Source: Peribolospora baueri (lineage: Eukaryota). Taken from it: a stretch of 64,000 nt of DNA. The notes beneath the pieces were generated by a model that saw only the letters and a program-made list of their open reading frames with translations, was not told the DNA's origin and searched no databases. Shown here in pieces: positions 12,836 to 25,736 of the stretch. Numbering within the stretch: the stretch's first letter is position 1; every line of letters begins with the position of its first letter. Location: positions 1-64,000 of the forward strand of contig JAMDHS010000064.1 in assembly GCA_029717555.1 (NCBI GenBank). Reading direction: 5' to 3'. The translations under genes and the position numbers were made by a program.

Positions 12836-15638
12836 TTAAAAGTAGTCTTCGTCGTCGTCGTCCTCCTCCTCTTCGTCAGCCTCAAAGTCGTTGTCGTCGT
12901 CGTCGTCATCCTCTGCATACATCGCTGCGAGACGAAAATGCCAAGCTTCGTCAGAACGACAAAGGTCCACGAAACGGCGTAGCTCTTCTCTTCGTCGCAA
13001 CAAAAAAGACGTCTGTTCGTCTCACCTCTGCTTTCCCTCCATCTTCTTCGCACCCAACCCAACCCGGCGCCCACGATCTCGTCCTCGTCCACCGGCTCCT
13101 CCTCTCTCTCCCACTCCCCATACCCGCCTTCCTCCCCAAGCCAGCCTCCACTACGAGCACCCTCCCTATCGACACCCATACCATCACCACCGCTCCCTCT
13201 GGCTCCCAACCCACCTCCGTCCTCATCCCCCTCCCCCTCGTCCTCGTCCGGGTAATCGTTCCGATAAAAGTCCTCGGCGTTCGAATCTTCGTCCGCAGAG
13301 TCCACGTCCGAGTCCGTCTCCGAGGCATCATGAAGGAGCTTTGGGTGGGATGGGTCGAGGGTGGACAGAAGGAGGGAGTCCGTGGAGGAAAGGCCGGCGC
13401 TGTGCGGAGGGAAAGCGGGGAGGAGAAGAACGGTTCAGAAGGAGGGAACAGAAGGAGTGGCACGAGATGACAGAGGCAAGTACACGTCGACGCTCGCCCA
13501 GAAATTAAAGTGTCGAGCTCGATGAAAAAATCCTCACAGTTCACCAACGACGCCCTCCAACCCGTAGAACTCCTTCCCGTAAGCGCCCTCCTCCTTGATG
13601 CCAGAACCTGTCATGTCGCTATCCCAGTCACCGTCCGCTTCATCAGCCCTTCCTCTTTCCTTGGAGGCGGAAGGCGGCGGCGGCGACGGCGCGACGGCGC
13701 GGTAGTAGATGTCGTAGACGTAATCGTCGTCCTCCGTCACACTGCTTGCTCTTGAGCCTCGGTCGGTCGGAAGAGGAGAAGAAGAAGGAAGAGGGGAGGC
13801 CAACGGCGAAGGCTCGGTCGACGTGGAGGGAAGCGGAGTTGGCGTCGCCGTGGCGAACGGCTTCAGACCTGGGGACGGAGTGAGGGAAGGCGTGAGGGCC
13901 GGCTCAGATACTGAGCGGACCAGTGGCGGATGGATGAGTGATCGGAAGGAGAGATCGACTGGTTAGTGATTCGTTGGTCCACAAAATGAACGGGGCGCTA
14001 CATGGCAGACCAATGTTAAAGCTCAACGCGCGGGGATAGCGATGCGCTCACTCTTCAAGTACTCCCTCAACATCTCCTCAAAAGCGCCCATGCCTTCCTC
14101 AAACCCTCCCACACCTTCCACGCCGTCCTCCCCGGCACCCTTATTCGCGTCCGCGAGTCGGCTCGAGCCGTCGGCGGCGGCTCCCGCGCCTTTCCTCCGC
14201 GCCAGCAAAGGCGCGGGGGTGGGCGGCGCCTTCGGCACCGTGGTCCGCCGTTCTGCAGGCAGTTCTTCGGCTATAGCGTCGACGATGCGGTGAAAGGCCG
14301 CTTCGGCACGCATCACCTTTGTGTTCCTAGGTAAGCGAACAGGGATAGAAGGGAATAGCGCAAATGGATAAGCGGGACTCAAGAGGAAATGACCACATGT
14401 GCGGTCGATTTTTCGTCCAACCCGCTCTTTCCGTGTTCGCCGAACTTACCTGATGACTGGAACGCCATGAAGGCCCTTCATCCCGCTCTTGCCCACCTTT
14501 CTCTCTTTTCTCTCCCTCTCACCCCCTCCCGCCCCTCCTACCACCCGAAATCGTCTCCTTTCTACCCTCCCCTCCGCCCTCCCCTGACTCCTCTTCCCCG
14601 GAGGCGTTGCAGTACCTACGTTGGATAGCTTGGAATAAGGGCGGGTCCTCCGAGGTGTCCCAGGCCTCGAGGAGACGGGAGAGGCTAGAGCGGAGGAAGG
14701 TAAGGAGACTTGTCCAGTTAGAGGCGTGGCGGTGCCGGTTGCTGCCGCTTGTTTGGTAGCCGATGTCGTCGAGGGAAGTGGAGCCGTCGGTCGCGCCAAG
14801 CGGCCGATGCGTTCCTAAACGAAGAGGAGGCAAGTTGTTGGTGCGCATCAACATCGTACGCCCCTTCCATCCACGATACCGAAAAAAACAAAAGCAGCGA
14901 GCGTACGCGTAGCTCTCTTGTGCTCTTCTCGTCGCTGAAGCTCGCGATCGGGACCGTTTCGGCAAAGCGGAACATGGCTGGACGTCAGACGAAAAGAAAG
15001 CAGTACGGAGAGGCCCAGTTCAAAGGTCAGCTGCATCTGCCGCACTCGATGGTCCACGGTATACGGACGAGCCGATCTGATGGCTCCCAACACGCACTCC
15101 TAATAGGGCTGCCCGTGTCCGCTGGGCGCTTACGCTCCGACCGTCTGCTCTGAGCACCCTCCGAAGCGAAAACAGATGCTGATGATCCCTTGTCCGACGA
15201 ATTATGTGGGAGCCGGGATATTCGTCGCCGTGCTCGCGAGGGCTGATGACCGATGACTGAGATCATGGACGGAACGGCAGTCGAGAAAGCAGGACAGCGA
15301 GTGGGAGCAGCGACGTAAAACGATGCGGTTCATCATGAGTCCCCTCGTTACCCAGCACAGTAAGAACGGACGAGCGCGCGGCAACGCCACCTAAAGCGCG
15401 GCCGGGCTAACGATCTACGGCTCGACCCGACGCAACGCAACCCACCGAGAGCATCGAGCGGCTCCTCGTTGCGTTTGCGCTTGATGCGCAGGATCACATT
15501 CTCCCTGTTGTCTTTCCCGTCCTCGCCGTCCTCCCTCTCCTCTGTCGCTGCCTTGCCGGGTCGCTTCTGCTCTTCTTTATTCACGCCCGTCCCCGTCCCC
15601 CTGGCGCCCGTACTTCCTAAAGTGGACGACCTGGACAT
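12836..15638 (-). CDS. IWR1: Iwr1, RNA polymerase II nuclear import factor, multi-exon
   Basis: N-terminal ILRIKRKRNEEPLDAL, FRFAETV, EEMLREYLK, DDDYVYDIYY and the signature DEDSNAEDFYRNDYPDED. The acidic last exon AMYAEDDDD..DYF ends at TAA 12836-12838. The start codon is inferred. Confidence 0.9.
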
Positions 15639-16371
15639 GCTGGCCCGTCGATCTTGCTCGTCGTCCGGAGCTGGGACGGGACGGCCATCAGAGTGATGGT
15701 GAGTGGAGACGACCTGCTCGGCATTGTGTGATCTCTGCTGCGGCAATTCGCCTACTTCAGCCGCAGTATGTCTGTCTGCGCGACTGTCACCATCTGCTTA
15801 AACCCCACCAACAACTTGGCGGCGTCTTATTTATCTAGTTGCTCTCGGCAGTTCAGACGCTAGATGGCACCAAGAGTGTCCTTTCAACTGCGCCCAATGG
15901 CACTCCCGACCGGTGGTGCCCGCGGCGGGCAACATTGAGACTCGCACTCCCAGTAGCCCGCCCGCTGAGGGCGTGGATCTAAACAACTACCAGGGGCGCT
16001 TTGGATCGTCGGGCAGCCGGCACATTTATGCCGAGCTGGCCAGAAACGGGGCCTCCTTCTAAACGGCTACGACAGGCTTGGGCTCCGTGTCGAGAGAGGC
16101 CCGAAGGACAACACCACGGTCACGCTCGCTCAACACTGCCCGAACACCCCTGCCCTCGCCAGCGTGCGCCATCCTCGAAGGAGGCCGACGCGACGGAACT
16201 CGCACGAAACTCGGCTTGAATATCGGCATTTAGCGATAATTTAAAAAAAAAAAATTCTATAAGAAAGATAAAACCTTCGTGTCGTCGCCCCCAGTTTGAC
16301 ATGACCGTTCCACGGGTCAATCGAGACAGAAACGGGGAAAAAGGCATGAAGTGTGTGTCGACGTGAACACA

Positions 16372-19300
16372 TCACGACGTTTTGGGGCAGTGGTCCGGGT
16401 ACCCTCTTGGATTGCCAGCCCACTGTGGCGGAGAAAAACCAAAATGAGGCACAAAGCTTTTTTCGTCTCCTGGGACTGCTGGTCGGTGACTGGTCTTCTG
16501 AACTCACGGTAGGGAAGAGATGTGGTTTGCCGGCGGCACCAAACACAGCGAACGAAAGGATGAAAATGACCAAGAGGCTGTGGGAGCAAGTCAGTGGTCA
16601 GCACCCGAGCTGATGCAATATACAACATGATCTATCCACTCACGAGCCACCGTCTAAACCTCCCGCGACGACGTAGAGGTAGTCCTTGAACACCTTAGGG
16701 CGACGAGTGCGGAGCCACCATTGGCAAACGAGGCCGATGATCACTTGGCTCCAAATGGTCGAGTTGAGAGCGGTCGCCATCCATCCGGAAAACTGGTCGC
16801 ATCGTGAGAGGAGACGGGTCAGTTTCAGTCGATCCAAGTGGGCAGCCTCCCGAACGACCCACGTTGAAGATGACGGGAAGGATGATGCGATTCGTCGGAA
16901 CGGGACCGATGCGAGGAATAACCTGCGCGGAGAAGAAGCAGTCGGGGTGATCATCGTCTCTCTTTCCCTTGCCGTACTCACTGCGTCAGCACCACAGCGC
17001 TCACCTTGGCTACAAGCCAGTGGACGACGATCGCGAACGCGCCTATAAGCAGACCCAGTGGGGCGATAAAGTAGGGACCTTCACGGCCGAAGAGGAATTT
17101 CGACAGCGACCACGCGACAGCCTGCGAATTGAGCCCCTGGAGGCTCAGACCGCTCCAGATATAGTTTCCGTTCGGATCGAGCAGGAGCTCGCGCTTGTTG
17201 TTGACGATGGAAATCATAACAGCTGCAGGGGAGGACGGCGGGTGAGTCGAAGGGAATGACGGCGGGACGTAACAAAGACATTGAACGCGCTCACCATAGT
17301 TGATGAATGCGCCGAGCACGGTACCCCAGACCTGCGTAATGAACATGACCCGGGGTGGGATTTTCACTATTGAAATTGAGGCGTCAGAGTCGGTCATGTA
17401 TTGCATGGGTTCACTAAATGTCTACTCACGATATTGCCCCATCTTGAGGTCGGCGGCAAGATTGAGGGACTGAGCGATGGTGCTATGCGACCAAGCGGAG
17501 AACTGAAGGAAGGAGAACTGACGCGATTGGCTTTCGACTTCTGCCTTAAAAAAGAACCTGCCTACTCACGTAGAGGTTTGCCAGCGGACGGCCAGGATGG
17601 ATCGCGCCGGCGATCATTTTCATCTGCACAACGGACGGAAAGAGCGAGAGCCAGGTCGGCTTTAATTCGAATGCCGGGTCGTCGTTCGCAAAGTACAGAG
17701 TCTGCTTACCAGTTGACTCGTTGCAATGCCGTTGCCCATCATGGCAAACAAGATTGTGCTAAAGGGCTGCAGAGGACAGCGGGAAGTACGTTCAGCCAGC
17801 TCTGGTTCCCATGTATCATTGCTGCTCGTCGACTCACCGCGATGAGCGCTGTGGAAGAAACCAAAGAAGACGATCTCGCCGTCAAGACCAAGACTTGAGC
17901 AGGAGTAAACAATTCAGACGGCTCACCTCCAACCAGCAGGGCCACGATATAGCCCCACCATGGCAACGTGGTGTCGTCTTTCAGCACGACCACGAGACCT
18001 GGCGGGCGGACAAGACGTTCCGGCTTCAGTCTATGAACCTCACCGTGGCTAGTGCGGGGCAGCTGCTCACCGAAAACGAAGGAGACAACCAAAACCGAAA
18101 GGTACCACCACCATGGCGCCTCCTCGTACTTTTGCATGGCCACCCAATGCCGATCCGGCAGAGTCCGAGTCCGGACTTGACGGAAGGCAGTGACGATATC
18201 TTTGCCCCAGAATAGGATGCACTGCATGATGAGAGCGCCAATCTGGAGCGCCAAGAGTGATCGACGTCAACGGAGGCTCATTTCGCTTTCGCCCGCGCTG
18301 ATACTCACGGCGAGGTTGGCGGTCAAGGTCGCCCAGGCGTAGGTGCCTGTGAAATGCGGTATGCCGTACTTTTGGAGCGCCGCTTCGTCGAGGATGGAAC
18401 CGTTGACGAACACCGCGGTCTGGTGGTACCGACTACCGTTCGAGGCGAAGAGGGCCGTAGACAGAAATGGAAATGACTTGGCGCTCCAGACGTTGTTATA
18501 GAAAACGCTGATAAAGGCGACGTAGCAGACGATCAGCCCCACCCAAGAGTTGGCTTGTTGGACCAAGGGGAGGGCCATGTACTGCGAGCCCAGGTATTGC
18601 CAATCGAAGCTGAGACTGAACAAGCCCAGTCCCTCGTTGCTCACGCTGCCGCCAAACAGGTTCGTCAGCGTCTGTCGTCGGTGAACAGGCGCTTTTTGCG
18701 AAGCCAGGCAGGGGATGGAAAAAGCGTTTAGGGTGGGGAAGATGTAGGAGGGGATGATTTCGTATAGGGTCATGCCAGTAAAGCCGTACCAGAAGGCACG
18801 AAGACGCTTCGAAGTAGTCACCGAGTCCCAGTGGAGGACCTGGAAGAGCTTCACCAGCGGGAGCAGACCCCAGTAAACCATCTCGCTAGGGTAGACGGTC
18901 ACGGGACGGAGGAGACCGGTGAGTCCATAGCCGAAGAGACCAATGGAAAGTGTAGCGAGGATGGCAGTGGACGCATTGAGGGGGTTGGTGTAGAAGAGCT
19001 GTGGAGTAGATAGGTAAGAGAGTGAACGCTAAACTTTTATCATATTTACGAGTGCAAGCTCACCTTCTGCACGGCGAACACGGAGATGGAAGCGACGCCG
19101 TTCGATGCGGAAGAAGCAGTCAAAGTGGCCACGGCGTGCTCTTTCAAACCGAACGGTCCAGGATTTACCCAGCCGGCCAGACGGACCAACGCTTGAGCGG
19201 TAAAGCCTTGCCGTTCGCCGAGGCGTTTGCGCACTGATGACGCGGTAGGGAGGACCGTGCCGGAGACCGTGCCAAGCACATAAATGATGAGCAGTAGGAA

Positions 19301-19633
19301 GACGTTCGAGATGCTGACCTGGACCGGCTTGAAGGCATAGATCTGGCTCATGGTAGCGTCGAACGCTGCAGCAATGGCACCTAGGACGAAGCCTCGGAAC
19401 GTGAGCGAGGCACCGCCGTCGTCGCGGACGTCGACAACCATGTTCGAGACGTCTGCGCCGGTCATCACCACGCCTTCTCGGACCGTGGCCGTGTTCCCGT
19501 CATGCTCTTCGTCCTTGGAATCGTCCTTGCCGTCACCGACGCTTGCATCCTTCTCGGCCCCGCCGCAGGACGGCGACAGGGAAGGGACAGAGTCTACGCC
19601 TGCCGGACGAGCCGTTTCCGAATAGCCAGCCAT
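16372..19633 (-). CDS. OPT-family oligopeptide transporter, multi-exon
   Basis: LTFRGFVLG, NPGPFGLKEHAVAT, NEGLGLFSLSFDWQYL, YEEAPWWWY, KIPPRVMFITQVWGT, YVVAGGLDGG and FILSFAVFGA. The last exon is WAGNPRGYPDHCPKTS*. Confidence 0.93.
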
Positions 19634-20410
19634 GCTGGGAGACGTAGGGGACAAGGAGGGAGAACTGGGCGCCGCGCGCAGGCATCCAGCATTTTATTAA
19701 ATGGGGGACGGTTGGTGCCGGTGGAGGACGTCGGTAGGAATGAAATGCACATTCGAATATGCTTTCTACTCTGCCTTTCCTTCGTCTGTGATCTTCTTCT
19801 GCCGCCGAGCATTAACCAGGAGCTACTGCCGGCGCAGCGTCCTGGCTGGCGGGTACCTGAGTGGTCAAGTGACTTACGACGGTAAGCAGTCGGTCCATAG
19901 GCAATCGTATGGCGTTAGGACTTGCTGCATGCGAGGGCAACGCGCGAATCTTGGCATAATGCTGTAAGTAGAATTGTTACTTTCTTTGAACCGTCGGCTC
20001 CACAAACCGGCCGACGATACGTATGCTGTGCACAGATCGCCGACCGCCCGTGGCCAAGACCGGTGGAGCGCGTGCTCTCATGAAATTGTCCCGCACAGCG
20101 TACGTACCAGCACATAGCTAAGTCGGCGATTCTCCGCCGAGAACTCCTCCCCTTCCCAACCCTCCTTTCCGACATGCTTACCCGTCGCTCTAGACACGGC
20201 GACCCTTGTACGCAATTCATGCGTCTTTAGCGCCACCCCGCCGCAAGCCCGATCAGGGACTGCGGCACGTGCGAACTGCGACCGCGCACGGGCCTTTTTT
20301 GCCGCGGAAGACGCAGACGTAGGATTGAAACTCGCGAATAATCCCTTCCAGACCGGAAGGAAGGTGGGAAGAAAAAAAAAGAAAGAAAGAAAGTAGGAAG
20401 GAAGGAAGAC

Positions 20411-22592
20411 ATGGCCAAACCCAAGACGACAAGCAGTGTGAAAAACCTGCTCGATCTCTCCCACAAAGCGGAGACGAGTGGGGAGGCGGCGCCGGCCCGG
20501 GAGGGGGACGAGGGCGATGCTGATAACCCGCACGGAGCACGGTTGTTGCGGGAGGGCATGGACGTCTGGAAGCATAACGCTTGGTGAGTCGTCGATGGAC
20601 GTGGGCACCGTGGGACATGCGCTTGGAGCAAAGTGTTTTTGGTGGAAACGCTGTCAGCCTCGTCTCTGACCTCAAGCTTGTCGTGCTGGGAGAAGCTGAT
20701 TTTCACTCGTCGCCCCTTCCGTCACCCGCCACTCAGGGACCATGTCGAGCTCCCGGAAGAACAAGAAGCGCTCATTGCAACCATCCTGGAGAAGCAGCGT
20801 GCTGCACCGGTGCCGGACGCTGAGCGAGGTCAGTCTTGTGTTTATCCCTTGATTCGCCTGTTTCACTTCCTCCATGTTTCTAAGTTGTCCATCGTTCTCC
20901 CTCACCAGACGCCTACAATACCTGTCCCGAGCGCTATTGGGACACGTTTTACGAGCGAAATCAAAACAGGTTCTTCAAAGATCGTAATTGGCTGCGGAAC
21001 GAGTTTCCAGAGCTCATAGACGCTACCATGACCGACGTGAGTTTGTCCGTCGGCTGCTTCCTGTCCAGTGCCAGCATCGCTTGCGCCTCCCCGTGTGGCC
21101 TTCTTCTGGGTGGAATGGACATGATTGACGCTTTATTGATGGCCTCCATTGGCATGGTATATTGCCCGGCACAGGCAGGACCAATGAAGGTGGTGGAAGT
21201 AGGCTGTGGGGCAGGAAACACGGTGTTTCCTCTGTTGGCTCAGAACCAGAACCCGGATTTAGTCATCCACGCTTGCGACTATTCAAAAACGGCCATTGAT
21301 GTCGTCAAGGTGAGTGTGCTGCAGCGTGCACTCGAGCATACGACATCATCTACAAGGTCTAATTGACGAGCTCATATCCTTCCTCGTCGCGCTCACACGC
21401 CGTCGTCAGTCAAACCCCCTCTACCTCTCTCCGCCGATGGGCAAGTGTCACGCCTCGGTTTGGGACCTCGCGTCGTCCGCCAACTCTGTGTCTGGCGGAG
21501 CGCCTGGCAAAAGGAGACACGTGCCCAACTTGCCAGAGGGCGTAGAGCTGGGTACGGTGGACATTGTGGTGATGATTTACGTGTTCAGTGCCCTCCGTCC
21601 AGAGGAGTGGAAAGGAGCCGTGAAGAATGTCTGGACGGTACGTCGAGCGGGCATCTGCCATTATCCCCGGTCGTTTGTTGCTTTGCCCTTGTCCTCATGA
21701 GCGCTCACATCAGAAACCACGCTGCTTCGTCTCTCGCAGATGCTCAGACCGGGCGGTGTGGTTTTGTTTCGTGACTACGGACGACACGATCTCCCTCAGC
21801 TCCGTTTCAAAGCGGGCCGGTTGCTCGCTGAGAACTTCTATGTCAGAGGTGACGGTACGAGGGTGTATTTCTTCGACAAAGGTGCGCATGTCTTCATCGT
21901 CATCCACTCCTCTTGGAATCATTGCGCTACGGTTAGCTGACTGGCTGTGGCCAATTTATGGATCAGACGAGCTGGGGGATCTGTGGGGCGGCGAGCCAGA
22001 CGTAGCTAGCATGGCTGCTCGACGAGCGCGGGAGCAAGCGGCTTCGTCATTACAGACACCCGCAGCCGAGGGGATGGCGACGCTATCTGCTCATCTCGCC
22101 TCTCGCCTGTCACTTTCGACATCGGACGTGCCGGTGCCGACGCCAGACGGCCATTCCCCCCTTCTCACACCGGCGGAATCTGCCGTCGAGTCAGGGGAGC
22201 TTTTGACGGCGGCGACGGGGACGAGCGAAGCAGAGTCAGAGAAAGGGGGGGATGGGCCGGAGGCGGAGGTCACCACGCTCAATCCTCAGCCGGCGACAGC
22301 GGCGTCGTTCCCCAAGCCCTATCTGCGCTCTTCCCCGGATGAGGTATCACTGCCACCGAAACGAATCGTGTCCCCGCCTCCGCGTGATGGTCCCAAACTG
22401 CCCTCCCTTTCTGATACTAGTACGCCCAGTGCGGAGGTGCGAGAGAACGGGCCGTTCCGATTGACACAGCTGGCGGTGGATAGGAGGCTCCAGGTGAACC
22501 GGGCGAAGAGGTTAAGGATGTTTCGATGCTGGATGCAGCTGGCGGCTTGGAAGAGGGCCGAGTACGTCTGGGAGGATGACGAAGAGGAATAG
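20411..22592 (+). CDS. TRM140: tRNA m3C methyltransferase of the Trm140/METTL2-6 family, multi-exon
   Basis: [91 protein letters not shown] and [16 protein letters not shown]. Confidence 0.93.
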
Positions 22593-23041
22593 AGGGCGCG
22601 AGGGCAGGACTTGTTCCGTTCATTGGATTTAAGCCGGAGCGCTGGCAGCTGCTTGAAGGCCCGAGTTTTTTCCCAATTGTCCCATTTGTATCCGTGCGTG
22701 AACATTTCCCGAACGTCAATTTCCAGATGTGGTCCGTGCGCGACGTCCACGCAAGCCGCCTGTGAACTAAAAGGTTAGGGTTATTGAGACGTCTCCGCCA
22801 ACATCCTCCTGTCTTGGCCTCCGGACCTTTTCCTTTCCGCTCTCACCATCACGACCGCCGTCTATCACGTCGGCCACGGCCCTAGCGCCCCCGCGGCCTC
22901 TTCTGTGCTTGCCAGGTCGCCACTTACACCTCGATTGTGTCTTTCTTAAATCTCACGCCTGGTCGCGGGCCATAGACCTTCGCCACCGCTTGCCTCGTCT
23001 TGTGGCGCCGCTCAGCGGTCCCCTCAGATCACCACCCGACC

Positions 23042-25060
23042 ATGGCCGGCGCCCACTCCTCTACCCTCGTCTCCCCTCCGCTGCCCACGCCCAGCACGCC
23101 CGCCACCTCACGCTCTCAAATCCATCCCCATCAGATCCCCTTCAACGTCACCCCCGTCCACCACGCTCCTTCCCCCCTTGCCTTCGGTTTCGGCTTCGCC
23201 TCTACTCTCCCCCCTGCTCAGCAATCTCCCGCCGCAAGCATGCCCGGGATGGCCACCGCAGGTCCCAGCAGTAGCACCGCCGCCTTCCATCTGCAGCCTC
23301 AGGGCCAGCTGGGGTGCGGTGGTAGCCAGCCTCAAGTACCCAGCTGGGGAGCCCCGCCGCACCACACTATCATGACCTCCGCCAATGCTTTCGGACAGTC
23401 TGCCACAAGCAAAGGAGGTCTCTCCTCCCCCTCTGGTGCCGCCGCTTCTGCAAAACGCAAGGCCGTGGGCAAGAGGCGCCATGAAGACGAGGAGGATGAG
23501 GACGAAAAGATGGGGTCCCCGCCGCCATCTTCTCCTCCTTCTGCTTCTTCCGTCGGGGGTGGATTGACCGACATGACCAATCGCAGTGGAAGGGATCGCG
23601 AGATCAGGCTTCGCACCGTCGCCTCCAAGCGTATGCGAGCTACCAATAGCGGAGACTCCCTCGGGGCTCGGAACGAGGATGGTAACGGGGGCGTCGGTGA
23701 TAGGACTCGCACGTTGTCCGACATTGGAAAGGGCAAGAGACAAGCGAGCGGCGAGTCAGACAGTGGAGTCGACCTCGGAAAGATGCTCAGTGCGTTTGTT
23801 ACCTCCCTTTCGTTCAAGTCAAGATGCGCGTGTGTAGTGGCATTTATAAAGTCGGTATGACTTACCTTTGACCCATCTATCCGTTCATCTCTCCATGCTT
23901 TTTGCATCATTTTATTTTCAGCCTCCCTCGATAAGCCGACGCTCGTCAACGTGTTGACAACGCTCCTTCGCACCTCCCCTCCTGAACACAACCTTACATC
24001 CACCGTCCTCGCGCTCCTCCCCACCCCTTCGCTCGTCACCGTCGAGTCCGCGCTTGAAGAGGCTGAACGCAAGGTGCGAGAGGCCATGCCTTACACTGGC
24101 TCCGGTAGTGGTGCCGGCATCTTCGGGTCTGGCTTCACAGCACCGCCCGGCAGCTTCGGCTGGGGTCGTTCCCCCTCGGTCTCAAGCGTGCCGTCGGGCG
24201 CCGGCGGAGGAGGAGCACGGGACGAATATGTTTGGTCACGCGTCCGTCCGGCTCTCAGCGAGCTCGTCAACAGTGCCATGTCCTACTTTCCTCTCTTCTG
24301 TCCGGCTGACGTCGCTTCGTCTTCTGGGAGCGAGGGCGGAAGCAGCAGCGGCATCAAAGCTCGCGAGGCGGAGCATCCCAGCACCACGTTCGCTTTCCTT
24401 TCTACGCTCACTTCCGCGCTTTTGCGGATCGAGAACGTCCTACCTCCCGTCCCTCGTGGCGGCATCTTTACGGCAACTTCTCCCTCTTCGCCTTCGCCCT
24501 CGCCGTCTCGTTCCACCTCCGCCCTTCTTTCCGGCGCGGATGCCGCTTCAGCTAAGAGCCTCCTGCGCGCCATGCCATCCCACCTCTTCTCTCCTCGTTC
24601 CCCCGACCCTCTACTCTCCATCCTCCTTCCGCGCCTCCTCACTGAGTGGGAGCGCCTTCTCCGCCGCATATGTCGCGAGGTCAACCATGAGGGTCGCATC
24701 TTCGGGCGAGACCTTGTCAGCAGTTGGGGTAGGGATCTCGTCGTCCTCGGTACTCCTGGCATTGAGGCGAACACCTCCCGCGACGCCAAAGACGGCGGCA
24801 AGGACGTGAAGGATGAAGAACGTCTAGTCCGACAGACCATGGACGTTGTGCGGAGCGGCTTCGAGAGGGAAATCGGATGGCTCGTCGGCGGGCTCGGCGG
24901 CCCGTCTCAACATCCTTCTTCCTCGTTCCCGACGGTGGCATCTTGCCTGCAAGAGGCGACGCATGGAATACAGCAGCACCACCACGCCTCTCATCATGCC
25001 CATCAAGCCTACTTTCGACCGCTTCAGGCCCAGGCGATGGCGGATGAAGAGGAGCTTTGA
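23042..25060 (+). CDS. STS1: Sts1/Cut8 nuclear proteasome tethering factor
   Basis: Basic NLS-like KRKAVGKRRHE, then DLGKMLTSLDKPTLVNVLTTLL..LLPTPSL..ALEEAERKVREAMPY..RDEYVWSRVRPAL. One intron, 23790-23921. Confidence 0.8.
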
Positions 25061-25736
25061 GGAGGAACGTTAGGCGGCCCACTCCCCTTCCTTCCGATCT
25101 AACCTACGCCGCGTTGCATCTTTCAGAGTCTCATTACGTCGATATCCCCCTCTTCACCCCACTTTCGTCGTCCCACCCCATGTCAGCTGGGCTAGGGCTA
25201 GCCCTTTCATCACGCGCCGAGTCTCCGTCGCATCGTCTACTCGTTCTATGTCTCAGTCAGCTATCCCACCATACATGTACTTACATATAGCTTATCTCTC
25301 CCCCTTCCTTTCACCATCATTCCATCTCGCCTCATCACATTTGTCATAGCTACCATGCTCTTTCGCTGCTCCTCTTTTCCTCATCTGTCGGTCGATAGCA
25401 GTGGGGGCAGCAGCCGCGTCGTCCCTGCCTCTATTCGCTTCGCGTTCGTCTTCGTCTTCATGCCCTTCACAGCTTCGGATGTTCCCTTGCGTATACCTCA
25501 AACCTCCCTAAGAGCTCCGTTGACTGCACCAAGGCTCATCTTCGTTATATTCAAGCGAACGAGCTAGCGAACGAATGAGAGGAGTGGTGTGGTGTGGTCG
25601 AGCAACAGCAAAGCTGAGCGGAGGAGGAAGGCGAGGAGCGAGTGGAAATGGGAACACGGACAAGAGGAGGTGGACGGGCTGGGCTGCTGGAGCCGGCTTG
25701 AGCGGCGAGTTATCGGTGTCCCGGTTGCGTGCGCTT

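Noticed and set aside
15850..16220. Short plus-strand frames ending AELARNGASF* and TELARNSA*, and a possible ncRNA
   Set aside because: The better frame has no ATG. I recognised no protein family and no RNase P/MRP, SRP or snRNA motif.
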